Source of the DNA: Geosiphon pyriformis uo1
Taxonomy: Eukaryota; Fungi; Glomeromycota
Direction of reading: 5' to 3'
Assembly (NCBI GenBank): GCA_016748015.1
Contig: JAAOMT010000230.1
Span: 124,001-188,000, forward strand
DNA: 64,000 nt
Position numbers and translations under genes: made by a program. Shown here in pieces: positions 38,954 through 52,918 of this stretch; the first letter of the stretch is position 1, and the number at the start of each line of letters is the position of its first letter. Under the pieces are notes generated by a model, which saw only the letters and a program-made list of their open reading frames with translations, was not told the origin of the DNA and made no database searches.

Positions 38954-41834
38954 TTTGAAGTTGTTTTTGCTGTGTTGTTTCTGTGAGAGAGCACCAAATA
39001 TTACCGGAGGTTTTTGGTCTCTTCTTAGCTCTTGTATGTTTGTTGTAATGCTGTTAATTCATGACTATGGGAAGTGTTTGAACCTCTGATAACTGAATTT
39101 TATCTTCAAATTATCTCCTATAATTTGAACTGCTGGGCTTATAAGTGGAATGGCCAATTCTATACCAGTTGCTTTGTGTAGTTGCATTGTAGTAAATGTC
39201 AACTCTTTTCCAGAAATTGCTTGTCTGGAAGCTCACTAAAAATGTGTAGTTACTTTGCTGTAAAAGTCAACTCTTCTACAGGAATTTTGTCTGTAGACTA
39301 TCCTAATGATTGTAATAAAAAAATACAAGAAAATAAAAAAAATGTAAAAGAAATAGAATTCTGTCAAGGGAAACGTTTTTTATCCAGGCCTGGAGTCACT
39401 AACAGATTACTGAAATTGGTAGCTAATTAATTTCAAAATGTTAGTTGTGTCGAGGGAATTTCAAGTGTAATAATTAAAGAATTTGGTTTTTTGAATTATT
39501 TGATATTTATTTCTTTTTGTGTGTGTAGGAATGGTTCTAAGTAATAAATCTAAAATAAGATACATTTTCTCAAAGAGAGAAGCTCTTCTTTTATACAACT
39601 TGTCATAACACTATTTTGAACTTTGCTCTTTTCTACAATTTTGCTGAACTAAAGATACATTTCGGCAAACTACAAGTTATTTCTGTGAACTATTAGATAT
39701 TTCAGTGAACTATCAATTATTTTGGTGAATTTTTACCAATTTTGGCAAACTTTTTGAATGTTATATAGTTCGGGGTATTGCATGATTGATCATTACAATT
39801 AGATTATATTTATGTTATGTGCAAATTGGGTTATTAATTAAATGATAATTTTGAATATTTTGCTAATATAATAAGTGATAATTTAAACAATAATATATGC
39901 TAATTAATGATAGGAGTTATAAAGATAATTTCATGCTAAATATTATCTCTAATTTCGTCTGGTAACAGCGACATCTGATTGGATCTAGCTTTTATATATG
40001 GAGGAAACTCCAAAACACTATTATCATCACTTATATAATCAAATAAAGGCTGCTTTAGCAGATGGTCCAACATGTAAGTATAGGTTCAAGTCTTCCTGAG
40101 GGTAGTGTCATCTATATTCTTATATTCAACTGAAGCATCCAAATCTGCATAGCTCATTTCTTCTGCTACTGTGTTTTTCATGTTCTTAACATCAGAAAGA
40201 CCACTAACACTACTCGCAATACTACCCACCTTATTACTCCAAAACACTACAGATTTAACACCAGTGCCAACAAGGTGATTCATGCTCAAAGGGCTAATAG
40301 ATGAGTCAACAGTATCACTGGTGACAGGCTTCCTTGGCTTTTTATGAGACACACTATAGAAGTATACACTATTCACACAGTTTTTTTTTGCACTCAAACA
40401 AGTCTCCAAACCAGTCGAACCAGTGCTAAGCCCACCAGCAGATGTGCTTATTGGCTTTATCACAACAAATACAAGTATGCTTGAAGAAATAGCTGATAAG
40501 AACAAAGAGAAAGGAGAAAAGGAATACTACAGCTTCAAGAAAAAAAATTTTCACTCTCGTCGTGGTCAGGGAATTAACAAGAGAAAAAGTTTTTTCCTAA
40601 ATTATATTTTTAATTTAGAAAAAAAATATAAATATATAAAATAATATTATAATAAATTATATTAAAAAAAACTTTTTTTTTAAGAAAATATATCTTTTTT
40701 AGAAATTATTTTAGCTTAAAATAAATAAATAATTACTATAAATCAATTTAATAAATTCATAATTTAAAGTTTTTACTAATTATTGTTTAAAATTATAATT
40801 AATTTAATTATTAAAGATAATATTAAGATTTTTTATATAAAATTTATATTTTAAGATTTTTTAAATATTGTTATACAAAATAAACTTACCAATTTACTTT
40901 TTTTTACTTTAAAAATTGCAAAGTTTTTTATGGTTTTTGTTGATTTTTTTTCTTTTTTAGCTGTTGTTTTTTATGATGTTTTTTTTAATATTATTTTTAA
41001 TAATATTAAAATTGTCTTAAATGTTTTTAATAAAATTATTTTTATTAAGTTAAAGTTTATTAATTTGTAACTATATGCTATTTATTTTAAATTTTTTGTT
41101 ATTATTAATATTATTTTTGTTTGCTAATTTGTATTAATAAAAAAATATTATTAAACTTTTTTTAGTTATTTATCATAAAATTATTGTCTTTTAAAAAACT
41201 TTTAAAACTAAATTAATCAAATTTTTTCTAATTATATAGTTTTTAAAATTAGCAAATTGGTTTTTTAATTTAATAATTGTATTTGTTTTATTTATTTATT
41301 TTTTAATTCTATTTGACAATTATAATATATAATTATTATATTTGTTTTTAAAAAAATTTGAATATTATTATTATAAAAACTAGTATTTTAAAAAAGTATT
41401 ATATTTAATAAAAAACTTTTAAATATTAATACTATTTTAAATACCAAAAATTTAAATATTTGATTAGTGTTATTATTATTTTTTTTTAGGTTTTTTTTAA
41501 GTTTACTATTAGTTCTAAAATTTTTAATTTTTTTTATTAGTGTTAAATTTTATGTTAAAACTTTTATTCTATTAATTTTTTATTATTATTTTGTTAACTG
41601 TTTTTTTTGTTGTTATTATTGTTAATTTTATAATTAGTTTTTATTTGGTTTTTTTAAAATTTAATATGACTTATTTAATTTTATTAATTTTATTAATTAT
41701 TAAATTTATTGATATTTTAGTTTAATTAATTATTAAAATAATTAATATTTCTTTAAATTTAATTACAAAATTGAAAAATTTATGTTTTAATCTTTAAATT
41801 AAATTAAATAGCATTAATAAGTTTATAACTAAAT

Positions 41835-42693
41835 ATGAAAAGAGACATAGATTGAATTTAAAACATCTTGGTTTAGCACTCTAATTTACATATGGTGGCT
41901 GGTTATACAAGTAAACCAATTATTGATTTGTACTCATATTTTATAAAAGCTCTGCATCATTGTCTGCCAATTGTTATTTGGAAGTATTTGTATGATAAGA
42001 AATATCCCAATATATTATGTCTTTATTGTAGAGAGGTAGAAACTTCTAACCATTCCTTTATATATCTGTTTGATTCTGGTGCTTATAAGAACCTGTTTAG
42101 TATGGGTTCAGTTGAGTGGAAAGCCATATTGGACTTGAATTTGCTATTATCTTATGTTTTGCAAATGCTTTCTTTGTGTGGTTCTGATAGTGCTGTATAT
42201 ACTGCTTTGTGTAAAGACTATGTGTTTAAAGAATGGTGTTTGAAAGCTGTGTCTTTTTTTGATAGTATTATAATTGTTAATATTAAGGTAGTTGATTTTG
42301 TACAGAGTTTGAAGATGATTTACCAGATTGAAATATGAATGATTAAGGCTAAATACAGATTAATAATAATAAAAAAAGGTCTGATTATACATAATAGGTC
42401 AATATCTTCTATAGTTTGTGATCTGTTAACTCTGCTTTCTGATAGTATTGTTAAGTTGCTTGAGATTGTGAAGACACATGGTGTTAGTTTTGGTTTTTGA
42501 AAGCTCTACAGTTTTTTTTCTGGTACTAATAGTGCTGTGGCTGTTATTATAGATTTATAGTGTTGCTCTGATTGGCCTAAGTAACTGGTTATGTATAAAA
42601 AGTGCATGATTTGTACCTAGTTTAGATTACTTGGTTTGATGTATTGTGCTAAGTAGCTTTTGGGTCTTATTTATTAATAATAATAATAAAAAA
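41835..42693 (+). mobile_element. 5'-truncated LINE (ORF2 C-terminus, 3' UTR, A-tail)
   Basis: CLYCREVETSNH motif and shared 3' UTR. TSD ATAACTAAAT (41825-41834) / ATAATTAAAT (42694-42703). Confidence 0.85.
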
Positions 42694-45600
42694 ATAATTA
42701 AATTAAATTTAAAAATTATAAAACACAAAATTAAGTTTAAATATAATATTAATATTTTAAACATTGCTGTTAATAAAAAAATATATACTTAAATAATAGT
42801 TTTATAAAATTATAGTTATTTAATATTAAATTTTGTGCTAATAAAACTGTTATATAATTAATAATTTAATAAAAAACAATAGTTTATTAGTTATTTATAT
42901 ACAAAAAATGGCTTTTTAGTATATATATTTTTAATTAGATTTAATTTAATTTAATTTAATTTTAAATTAGTTTAAATAATTAATTATATGTAAAAAGTAA
43001 ATAAATTATAATTATATAAAGTTTTTTGTATTTTATATTATAGTTAATAATTGATTATATTTAATTAAAACAATAAGTATTAATTTTTATTGATTTTTTA
43101 TTTACAATAAAAATATTAAGATTTAAAAAAAATAAGTTTGTTTTTACACTTTTTTTTTCTGTTTTTTTTTCTAAAACATTTTTTTAATACAAATCTATTC
43201 ATAATTATAAAGTTGGCTGACAGTTCAGTTAAAGTTGTAAATATTGAGAAGAGTAATATAAAAATTTACTCTGGTCAAAAAAAAAACTATAATATTTATG
43301 TCTATAATTTAAAAAACTTCAATAAATATTTCAAGAAACTTACTGTTAAGTCTAGTATTGTAGATTTTTTAATTGAATTTTTGGTAATAAATGTGTTAAA
43401 AAGTAATGATATAATTAAACAATATTTTTGGAACAATAAAGTTAAAAGTAAAAGAGAGAGCTTTAGTAAAACATCTAATCTAAAAAATTTAAAAAACATA
43501 ATAGTTAAAAAAACAAGCTATTAATTCAAATAGCTTAAGCAATAATAATAAACCTATGAATAAAATTATGTTTAAAGGAACTTACATCAAAATTTACAAC
43601 TTGGTTGTACTCTTTAAGAAAATATTGTTTAGTAAAATAAGTAATAATAAACTTTTTAATTTATTACTGTTTATATTATTAATAGCAGTATAAACATAAT
43701 TTTAAATATCAAAAAAAGTAAAAGTTTTGTATTAGTTAAGTTATTTGTGATAGATGTTGGTTTTGTTGCAATTTTTGACAAGTTTTTAAACTATAAAATA
43801 GTTTTTTAAAAAATTTTTTACAAAATTGATAATTTTAGAAAAGCATCAATTTTGTCAAAATTTTAAACCATTATTAAAATATTTTTTATATTTAAACCTA
43901 GTTTAAAGGCTGTTAAGCAGCTAGTTGTAAGTAAAAAAATTTTTGTTAATATTAATTTAAAAAAAATTAACAATAAATTAAATTAGAAAATTGTTGTCAA
44001 GAAGATTTTAGTAGATTTTTCTAAATTAGCACTTAAAGTAATATTTTCTAAATTTGTTAAAATTGTTTTTATTAAAACACAGTTAATTGGTCTTTAGCAG
44101 AAAATGTTTTTTAAGTTTAAAAGTTTTAAAATTATTAATTTGGTGTTTTTTAAATAGTCAATTTTTTTAAACAAGAATTTAATATGTATAACAAAAGCCA
44201 ATATTAACAAACAGTTGTAAAATAACAAAAATTATTATAATGTTTTTATATATATACTGCCAATAGGCATAATTATTCATAATATTTCTGATTTAGTTTT
44301 ATTCTATAGTAAAAAAACATGTATTATTACTTATAATTTAATCTTATATATACAAGTATATTATGCTATTGTGTATTTTAACTTTACCAAAACTAAAAAT
44401 GCTGTTATATTTTTGATTCCAGTTTTTAAAGGTGTTAATCTGGCTTGGACTGGGCTTTCTAATCTTATTTGTGTTAAGTATAGAAAAACTGGTTATATTT
44501 TCAATATTTATAAACCAAGTTTAAAAACTTTTAATTAAAGCTTAAAAAAAATCTTACTAATTTTAACAAAAAGTGTTTTGCCATAATATATACAAAAAAA
44601 TAGGCTTTAATATCTCATTTAATCTTTTTTAATAGTATAACATGGGCTTTTGTAATAAATAACAGTTTAAAACATCTTTTTTTTAAGTTATTAATTGGTG
44701 CTTTTTTGGTAGATATATTGATTAGCAGTTTTAAAAAAAATATTGTTGTTTTAATTTTGGTTTTTAGACTAAACATTTTTGAACACTTCTTAAAACTTTT
44801 GTCTAATTATGTTATAAATATTTTTTGTCAACTTAATATTTTTTTTCAGTTATTTTTTAATTATATTGTAGAAATATCTATTTTAATACTGTTTTTGTTA
44901 TTAGATATAATTATTAATAAGTTATTGCTTATTTTTCCAATTTCATGTGTAATTTTTAATATCTTTTGAAACATGTTTTTTAGTAGATCCAAAGTTTTAA
45001 CAGCCAAAATTGGTAGTTTAAAAACTAATATAGTGGTTTTAAAAGATTTAATTAAAATTATTTTAAATAAATTAGAGTCTCTTAATTTAGATAATAATAT
45101 AATATCTTTTTTTTATTTTCAATAAATAATTTAACTTGGAAAATAGCTATGTATAATATTAGAAAAATAAATGTTTTTGCCAAGCAAGATGATATTATTA
45201 AGTGGTATAAAAAATTAAAAAATAATATTTCAATTATTATTAAAACTAAACTCTATTCTAATGTCAAATTTTGAATTACAAATAAGTTTTTAAGTATTAA
45301 AGTATTTATTTCTGGTTTGAATTCCAGATATTTTAGTATTAGTATTGCTTTAATTATAAATAAACAGTTAGCTAAACATGTTTCAAATATTTTGAAGATT
45401 TTTAATAGGCTTTTATTGATTCATTTATTATTTAAAAACAAAAAATCAGTTTTTGTATTAGGATTGTATACAAATGTATTTTTGAAAAATATTTAAACCA
45501 AGCTGTTATTATTTATTTTTTTATAGTTTGTGTATACAATAAAAGTATTTTTGTTATTTTAAAAGATAACTTTAATAAAAATAGTTTTAAGCATAGTGTT

Positions 45601-45824
45601 AATTTCAAAAAACGTGTTAATTTAGATTTAATTAATTTGTTAATTAGTAGTTTATGTATTAAGTTTTTTATTTAAAAAAACTTTAGAAACATTAAAAAAA
45701 CTATTGACTTTATTTTTGTTTTACTTAATTTGGTAAATATGTTAATTAATAAAAAAGTCACATATGTAAGTAAATTTTTCAATACTAATTACAATGCTGT
45801 TTATATTATTATTAATCTTAATGA

Positions 45825-46748
45825 TATTACTAATAGAAATTTGAAATATTATTTAATATAAAATTATTTTTATAATTCTTATCATTAATTAGTATATATT
45901 ATTGTTTCAATTTATTACTTATTATTTTATCAAATTATCTAAATTACTATTTAATTAATAATTCAGTTTATACAGAACACAAATATAACTAAATTGTCAT
46001 GGTCAGATTATATAATACACCAAATTATATAATATTTAAAATTTGCCAAAATATTTAATAATTTAACAAAATATTCAATAGTTTATTGAAACAATTAATA
46101 ATTTGTAAAAATAATTTGTAGTTTGTTAAAATATATTTTTAATTTATTAAAATAATAACAAAGAAAAAAGTACAAGTTTACAGATTAATATTATAACAAA
46201 TTATATAAAAAAAGAACTTTTTTTTCAAAAAAAAATATTTTACTTAGAATTAATCTTTTTTAGACTTAATTATCTTTTTATACTTGTTGTAAATCAAATA
46301 AAATCAGATTTTAAAAACAACAAATTTTTTGATTATTATATTTAAAATTAATTAGTCATTAATTTCAATAATCTGTTAATAACTCTAAGCCTAAACAAAA
46401 AACAATTTTTTTAATAAAATTTTTATTTTTTATTTTAAATACATTAGAGTAATTTATAGACAAGATTCTTGTAGAAAAGTTGACTTTTATAGCAAAATAA
46501 CTACATATTTTAGTAAGCTTTCAGATAAGTATTTCTTGAAAAAAGTTAACTTTTACTATAAAGTAACTATATAAGTAACTAGCTTAAAGTTGGTTATTTT
46601 ACTTATAAGTTTAGTAGTTTAAATTATAAAAGATAATCTAAAAATAAATTCAATTATTAAAAGTTTAATTGTTTTTCATAATTATAAATTAACAGTAACA
46701 AACCATTTACAGACAGTAAAAAAAAGAGACCAAAAACCTTCAATAATA
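45825..46748 (+). mobile_element. Solo LTR of family B
   Basis: Reverse-complement homolog of 30120-31096 with a perfect 4-bp TSD ATGA (45821-45824 / 46749-46752). Confidence 0.85.
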
Positions 46749-47866
46749 ATGATTTTTTAAATCTAGTTTTAAGAATTTTTTGTATACAACTTAATAAAAA
46801 TTGATAGAAATTTAATATAAAAAATACTAGTAATATAAAATAAAAATTGTTTAGAATTTTAATTTTTAATATTTTATTATGTTTATTAATAATTTTATTA
46901 CTGTAAAAAAAATTTTGAACATAAATAAGTTGTAAAATATTGTTCATAAAGTAGTTGTTTCTTTAACAAATAAGATTTTTTCCAAGTTTTAGTTTAAAAT
47001 TTACAATAGTGTTTTTCCAAAATCTTTATTTTATTTTTACAAATTGGAATTTTTGGTTTCTAAATTGGTTAAGACATTTTATTTAATTCTAAGTAACATG
47101 TTTAATTTACTTTTAAGACTTTGAATTTTTTTAGATATAAACAATATTTCTGGTATAAAAGTGTTTATTAATTCAGATACTTGTTTTAATACTGTTTAAT
47201 TTGCTTTATTAAAGGTTAAAAAGTTGTATTGGAGTTTTAAAATAGTGGAACTTTAGTATGCTAAAAAGATTTTTATTAAATTTGTTATTAATAGATAGAT
47301 AAAAAGTTTTAAAATAAACAAAAACCATACTATTTAAAGTGTTCTAAGGCATTTTTTTTATAAAATAGTATTGGATTATTTGGTTGTTGAAAAAAAATTG
47401 GTATTAAAGTCTAAGTTAATTAAATCTAAAGTAAATTTTATTATAGAAGATTAAATAAATAAACATAAAATATTAAATGTAATGTCTAAAGTATGATATT
47501 ATTAGTATTTTTTTCTAAATTATGTTGTTAATAATACTTTTTTTGGTATCATGTCTATTAATTTTGGTAAATTATTAAAGATAATATTAAATTTGTTTAA
47601 TAAAAAGCAGTTGACTTTTCTGATATCTTAAATAAGTTATGAAAACATTATAACAGAATAGTATTAAATATGTTTTTAGATCTATTAAACTTGTGTTTAG
47701 TATATAAATTAATTCTATAATCTTAAAAAAAGACTTTAATTTCAATAATCTTTAAAGCTTATGAATTGAAAAATATTTTAATAAATATTTATCTTATTGC
47801 TTTAATTAAAACAGCTTAGAAAGTTTTTTTTAAAATTCTTTTTGATAAGATTTTTTTAGTATACAG

Positions 47867-48196
47867 TGTTATAAGTAATTATTTAAAATATTAAAACAAA
47901 TAACAAACTTATAACTTAGTATTTAATAGCTGATAATATTGATAATTTCTAAAGGTTTTGGAATTTGAAAGTTTTGGTTAAGTTTTTTGTATAATGAACA
48001 GAGATTCAATTAATAATTTTTTCTGTGAATTTTTTTCTTTAGTGTGGTAGCAGATTTATTCTGACAGTTATGTCTTTTTAGTAAACTATCCTTAAATTTT
48101 TACCTTTATTTCTGGGTTTTTTACCAAGCTATCCTTAATATCAAATACTTAGTAATTAATTTCTTTAATTAATTAGTAAATAACAAAGAAATAAAA

Positions 48197-48274
<78 letters not shown>

Positions 48275-51200
48275 AGAAATTAGTATTCTGTTAATAGTCA
48301 TAATTAAGAACTATTAGTCCAATATAATTAAGTATTAGATTTTATTAACATAGAATGTTGATAATAGAAAAATAATTAATATTTCTTTAATCAAATAATA
48401 ATAACATAAATTTGATAATAATAAATAATTTTACTTTAAGTTATAGAAAATTATTTTTTAAAAAAAAGAGTATTGTTCTAAATTAATTTGAACTCTATTG
48501 AATTCTTCTAGAATTATTTTTTTTGCTTTTAATACTCTCATTATATATATATAATTTATGTTATATAAAATTCCTGGAAATTCTGCAATTTTTCAAAAGA
48601 ATCCTGGAATTTTTTATTTTACTATGTTTATTTCTAATTGGTTATTTATTTATTATTATAATTCTTAATTTTTATAAGTAATATTATTTCCTCTTTTTAA
48701 TATTGAACTCTGTTAAGATCTCCTAAATCTCTTAAATTTATATTGGTATGTGAATAAGATTTCAATTTAATAGCAGTTTTTCTTAGATATTTGAGATTAA
48801 ACTTTGTATTAGTATTATATATGTATTTTGGCTTAATACTTTTATCTTTATTGTTGAACCATTTAAGTTTCTGCTTTTTTAAAAAATCTAAGAGCACAAT
48901 ATATTATTTGGAATTGTAATTAAAGTTTGAATTATTATTATTATTATTATTATAGTAAATGATATTAAAACTGTTGTTGTTATTGTCAGAGTTTGAATTG
49001 CAATTGAATTTCAATTCTGATTCCAAAGCACACTTACTAATTAGTTTTTTTTTTGAGAATTAAATAGATCATATGTGATGATTGATTGTAAATAAAGTCA
49101 CAATTATCACAATATTTGAAGTTATTGAGAATTAGATAATGTTTACAGAGTCTAGTGTTTAATTATTTTAAACACTGCTTTTGTTTTTTTTGAGTAGATG
49201 TTAGATCTTAGTAATAGAGTAATTTTTTTCTTAATTCTAACAAGTATAGAATATGCCAACTATTATTTGTTTTTTCTGTAGAGGTGGTGGCTTGCAATTT
49301 GTCCTCTTTTTTTTCTTTTCTCTTGTTATTCCAAAAAAGTATTGGTAACAGTTTATTGTGTTCATTTTTAGCTTATAAGACTTAATAAACTTTTCAAATA
49401 GGTTTTTTTTTTTCAAACTTGATTAGTGGTAATTAGGTGGTAATTAGGTAATAATGTTTGTTTTAAAGTAGTTATAAGTAACAGATATCTGAGTTTGTTA
49501 ATTATTTTGACTGGGCTGTAGCTCTTATGTAGTCTAATTGAGCATAATATTGGTTTTAAACAGTCAGTTATTACTAATAAAAGCTTGATATTATATGGCT
49601 TCTATGACTAAAATCTTAATTGGTATAATAATGCTATTGACTTTGAACAGAAAGTTATTAATTTTGCCAATAGAAGTTTTTATTGTTTCATTGGCTATAA
49701 TAAGTTCAGCACTAGCAGTATAATCAACTTGGTAACCTAATTAATTTATAAGTTGTTATATAATAATACTGTTTGCTAATCTACTATTAAGAATTAGCTT
49801 AATAGATTGGCTATCAACTTTGGCATTAGTATACATAATGGTTATTAGTTTGGTGTCAAGAATAGCTCTATTAAATAGAGGTGTTATTGCTAATTTTTTT
49901 AATTCAAAAGAAAAAATAATTGCGAATAACTTGTTTTTAGTAATAGTTGCTGGTAAAATATTATTAATGAATAGTGTTAAGTCAGTTTCCAAGTTGTTAG
50001 ATAAGTTGTTTTTTGAGGTAATCAAGAAACTTAAATAGTTTTAAGAATTTGGGTTTTGGGTGTATCTACTTTTTGAACTTCACTATTGTAATCTTAATGG
50101 CTAATTTGATAAACTAGAAATTGATTAGTGCTTTATTATTACTGATTGCCAGTTCTGTTAGATGTGTGTAATTTTTGGTCTTTGATTTTTAATTGCCATT
50201 TAATCTTAATTTTGTGGTGGTGTTTGAATTGGTTGAGATTAATAAATTACTTGTGGCTGTAATTGATAGATTATTAGTACTAAAGTCTAATAAACAGAAG
50301 ATATATATATTGTTTATTATATTATTGGTGTATAATAGGGTTGATATGGTTCTAATAATAAATTGTTAACATAATTTTGGGTTTGAAATTTGTGATCAGA
50401 GTTTTAATATTGATTTTTTGATTGTTGGCTATTAAATCTAGAATGGCAATCTGCTTTTAGATAGTTTTGTTTATTACAATAATAACAATTATGTATTTTT
50501 TATTATTATGATTGATTTGATGATAATAATAATAAACATGATAGATTTTGAAAGTGATTGGAGTTTTCTTGATTGTTACAATATTGTAAAAACTAATAAA
50601 TTGCTTGATTGTTAGTTAAGTATCTCTCTAATTTCTGGTTGATATTGGTGCTGGTTTTCTGTTGAATTATATTTTATAGAGAGCATCAAATGTTATAAGT
50701 GATTATTTAGAGTGTTAAAACAAATAACAAATCTATAACTTGGTGCTCAATAGCTAGTAATGTTAGTAATTTCTGAAAAGTTTGGAGTCTAAAAATTTTG
50801 GTTGAGTTTTTTATATAATAAACAGAGATTTAATTAATAGTTTCTTTTGTGAATTTTTTTTTTAGTATGATGGTTGGTTTATTTTAACAGTTGTGTCTTT
50901 TTAATAAGCTATTTTTAAATTTCTATCCTTATTTTTAGGTTTTTTATCAGACTATTCTTAATATTAAATACTTAGTACTTAATTTCTTTAATTAATTAGT
51001 AAATAACAAAAAAATAAAATAAAAAAAAATAAAAAAAATAAAAATAAAAATAAAAAATAAAAAATTAGTATCTTGTCAATAGCCATAATTAAAAACTATT
51101 GGTTCAATATAATTAAGTATTGAATTTTATTAAAATAGAATATTAATAGTAGAGAAGTAATTAATATTTCTTTAATTAAGTAATAATAATATGGATTTAA

Positions 51201-51525
51201 TAATAATAGATAATTTTATTAATATAGGAATGATTTTACTTCAAGTTATAAAAAACTATCTTTTAAAGAAAATAGTATTGTTCTAAATTAATTTAAACTC
51301 TATTGAATTCTCTTGAAATTATTTTTTCTGCTTTTAACATTTTTATTATATATATATAATTTATGTTATATAAGATTCCTGGAAATTCTGCAATTTTCCA
51401 AAAGAATTCTAGAATTCTGCAATTCTGCAATTTTTCAAGAAAATTCTGAAAATTCTTGTTTTATTACACTTATTTCTAATTGACTATTTACTTATTATTA
51501 TAATTCTTAATTTTTATAAGTAATA
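47867..51525 (-). mobile_element. Internally deleted non-autonomous Gypsy element C (A/D-related LTRs; retains Gag tail, protease and dUTPase start)
   Basis: LTRs at 47867-48683 and 50691-51525. Perfect TSD ACAG. PBS ~50678-50688 and PPT after 48683. Internal region only ~2.0 kb. Confidence 0.85.
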
Positions 51526-52222
51526 ACAGTAAGCTTAATATTTTTTATAATAATAATTTTTTGGTTTTAAAAAATACAATAATACAATTATTTATTTTTT
51601 TAATTGAATTAATAATTAAAAATACATTAAAAAATTATGAATTTTGGCTAATTTTGTAAGATATATGTAAAGCATATAATTTTGTGGATTGAAAACATTT
51701 AAAGTATTAGTTTAAATAAAATTAAAATGTGTGACAAATTTATTAATTTTTTTGGTAATATTTATAACAATTGTATTAATCAAATTATGATTAATTTTGG
51801 CTTAATAAATAGATATTATGTGTATGATAGACTAGATTAAAATGAAGTTTTTTTGTTTTTTTGTTTTTTTTTGGTATATTTTTTATACTCTTTTTTTATA
51901 TAAAATTAAAAACAAAAAAGTATGTATAACTATAAAATTGATTCTAAATTTGTTGTTAAAACTGATTAAATTGAAGTCCAAACTAGTTTGACAATATTTT
52001 TTATTACTAATATTTTTGTTAATAATACAATTTAAATAGAATATAGTTAAACACTAACCCAATACATTTTGAATATTACAAATAATTTTTTTTGAATTAA
52101 TAATATTTTAATCAATAATAACAAAACAGTAACCATTTTAATTAATTATAAAATTATAATTTCTTCATTATTAATCAGTAGTTTGCCAATTTTTATAGTA
52201 AAAAAATAAATAAATAAATAAA

Positions 52223-52593
52223 TTTGGTTGGTCCGTGCTAAGCATCGCACTTTCATGGAAAAGAATGAATTAATTCTAAAGGATAGTTCCATTCCTGTTT
52301 CTGTGTCTGGGCTGTCTACTACTCTTTCTGCTGGTATGATTAAATTATTAGATATATTTGAAGCTTTTGGTGTTAGTTTTGGGTTGCATAAGGCTTGTTT
52401 GTTTTTTTCTGGCATAGGAAATCTGGTTTCTGTTCATATAGGTGCTTAGTGTTGTCTTGATCGGCCTGAGTGACTGGTCACGTGTAGAAAATGCATGATT
52501 CACACCTAGATTAGATTATTCAGTTTGATGTATTGTATTAGGTAGTGTTTGGATCTCGCTCATTAAAACTAATAAAAAAAAAAAAAAAAAAAA
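52223..52593 (+). mobile_element. Short 5'-truncated LINE copy with poly(A)
   Basis: Last ~75 codons of ORF2 (WLVRAKHR...VHIGA*), 3' UTR and A-tail at 52574-52593. The host RT frame resumes afterwards. Confidence 0.88.
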
Positions 52594-52918
52594 AGAATTT
52601 CATATATATTTGGGTATTTATTTTTAATAAAAAACTTATTAAAACTTAGTTTAGCTAAAGCTTATTTAGACATTAAATTTTTTGCTAGTGTTGTTTTTAA
52701 AAAAATATTTCTAATAAATAGTTTTTATATTTGGTTTTAGTAATGTTTTATTTTATTATTAATTATAGAATTTAATTTAATTAAAACAAAGTTTAAAAAC
52801 TCTTTCTTTTGTTGATCCCCTGACCATAACGAGAGTATAGAGTAGTCAAAGAAATATCTTTCTTTTCCCTTATTCCCTTCTGTTCCCTTCAGTTATTTCT
52901 TTACATACACCTCTGTTC

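Larger units (their letters stand above)
30120..39967 (-). mobile_element. Ty3/Gypsy LTR retrotransposon B, full length and decayed, same architecture as A but a different LTR family
   Basis: LTRs at 30120-31096 and 38999-39967. PPT 31097-31111, PBS 38983-38996. Decayed 4-bp TSD GTAG/GCGA, whose removal restores the host ORF1 frame. Confidence 0.93.
13578..40602 (-). mobile_element. Full-length LINE (ORF1 + APE-RT-RNaseH ORF2), decayed; own sequence 40602-39968, 30119-28917 and 18663-13578
   Basis: 5' motif at 40553-40595. ORF1 fragments rejoin in frame across both Gypsy insertions. 3' UTR and A-tail at 13578-13713. Candidate TSD TGTATTTTTA (13568-13577) / TATATTTTTA (40603-40612). Confidence 0.85.
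13284..40720 (+). mobile_element. Old family-B LTR fragment (13284-13577 plus 40603-~40720) split by the LINE insertion
   Basis: Starts TGTTAT, aligns with the reverse complement of LTR 30120-31096, and resumes collinearly after 40602. Confidence 0.55.
12330..43075 (+). mobile_element. ORF1-only element (copy 2), extremely AT-decayed, split into ~12330-13283, ~40720-41834 and 42704-~43075 by later insertions
   Basis: 12400-12630 is the reverse-complement homolog of 11690-11900 (KTFNNKLVNKLVF). 40820-41090 matches 10918-11205 (KDNIKIFYIKF..TLKIAK). 42960-43010 matches the copy 1 3' UTR almost entirely by transitions. Confidence 0.6.

Noticed and set aside
48198-48272. ~75-nt poly(A) as a retroposed tail
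   Set aside because: It corresponds to the A-rich tract in the sister LTR (~51008-51064), so slippage or homopolymer assembly error is likelier.
52462-52500. Hammerhead ribozyme in the LINE 3' UTR (CTGA...GAAA)
   Set aside because: The core reads CTGAGTG rather than CUGANGA, and GAAA lies in a hairpin loop without the required stem II/III geometry.
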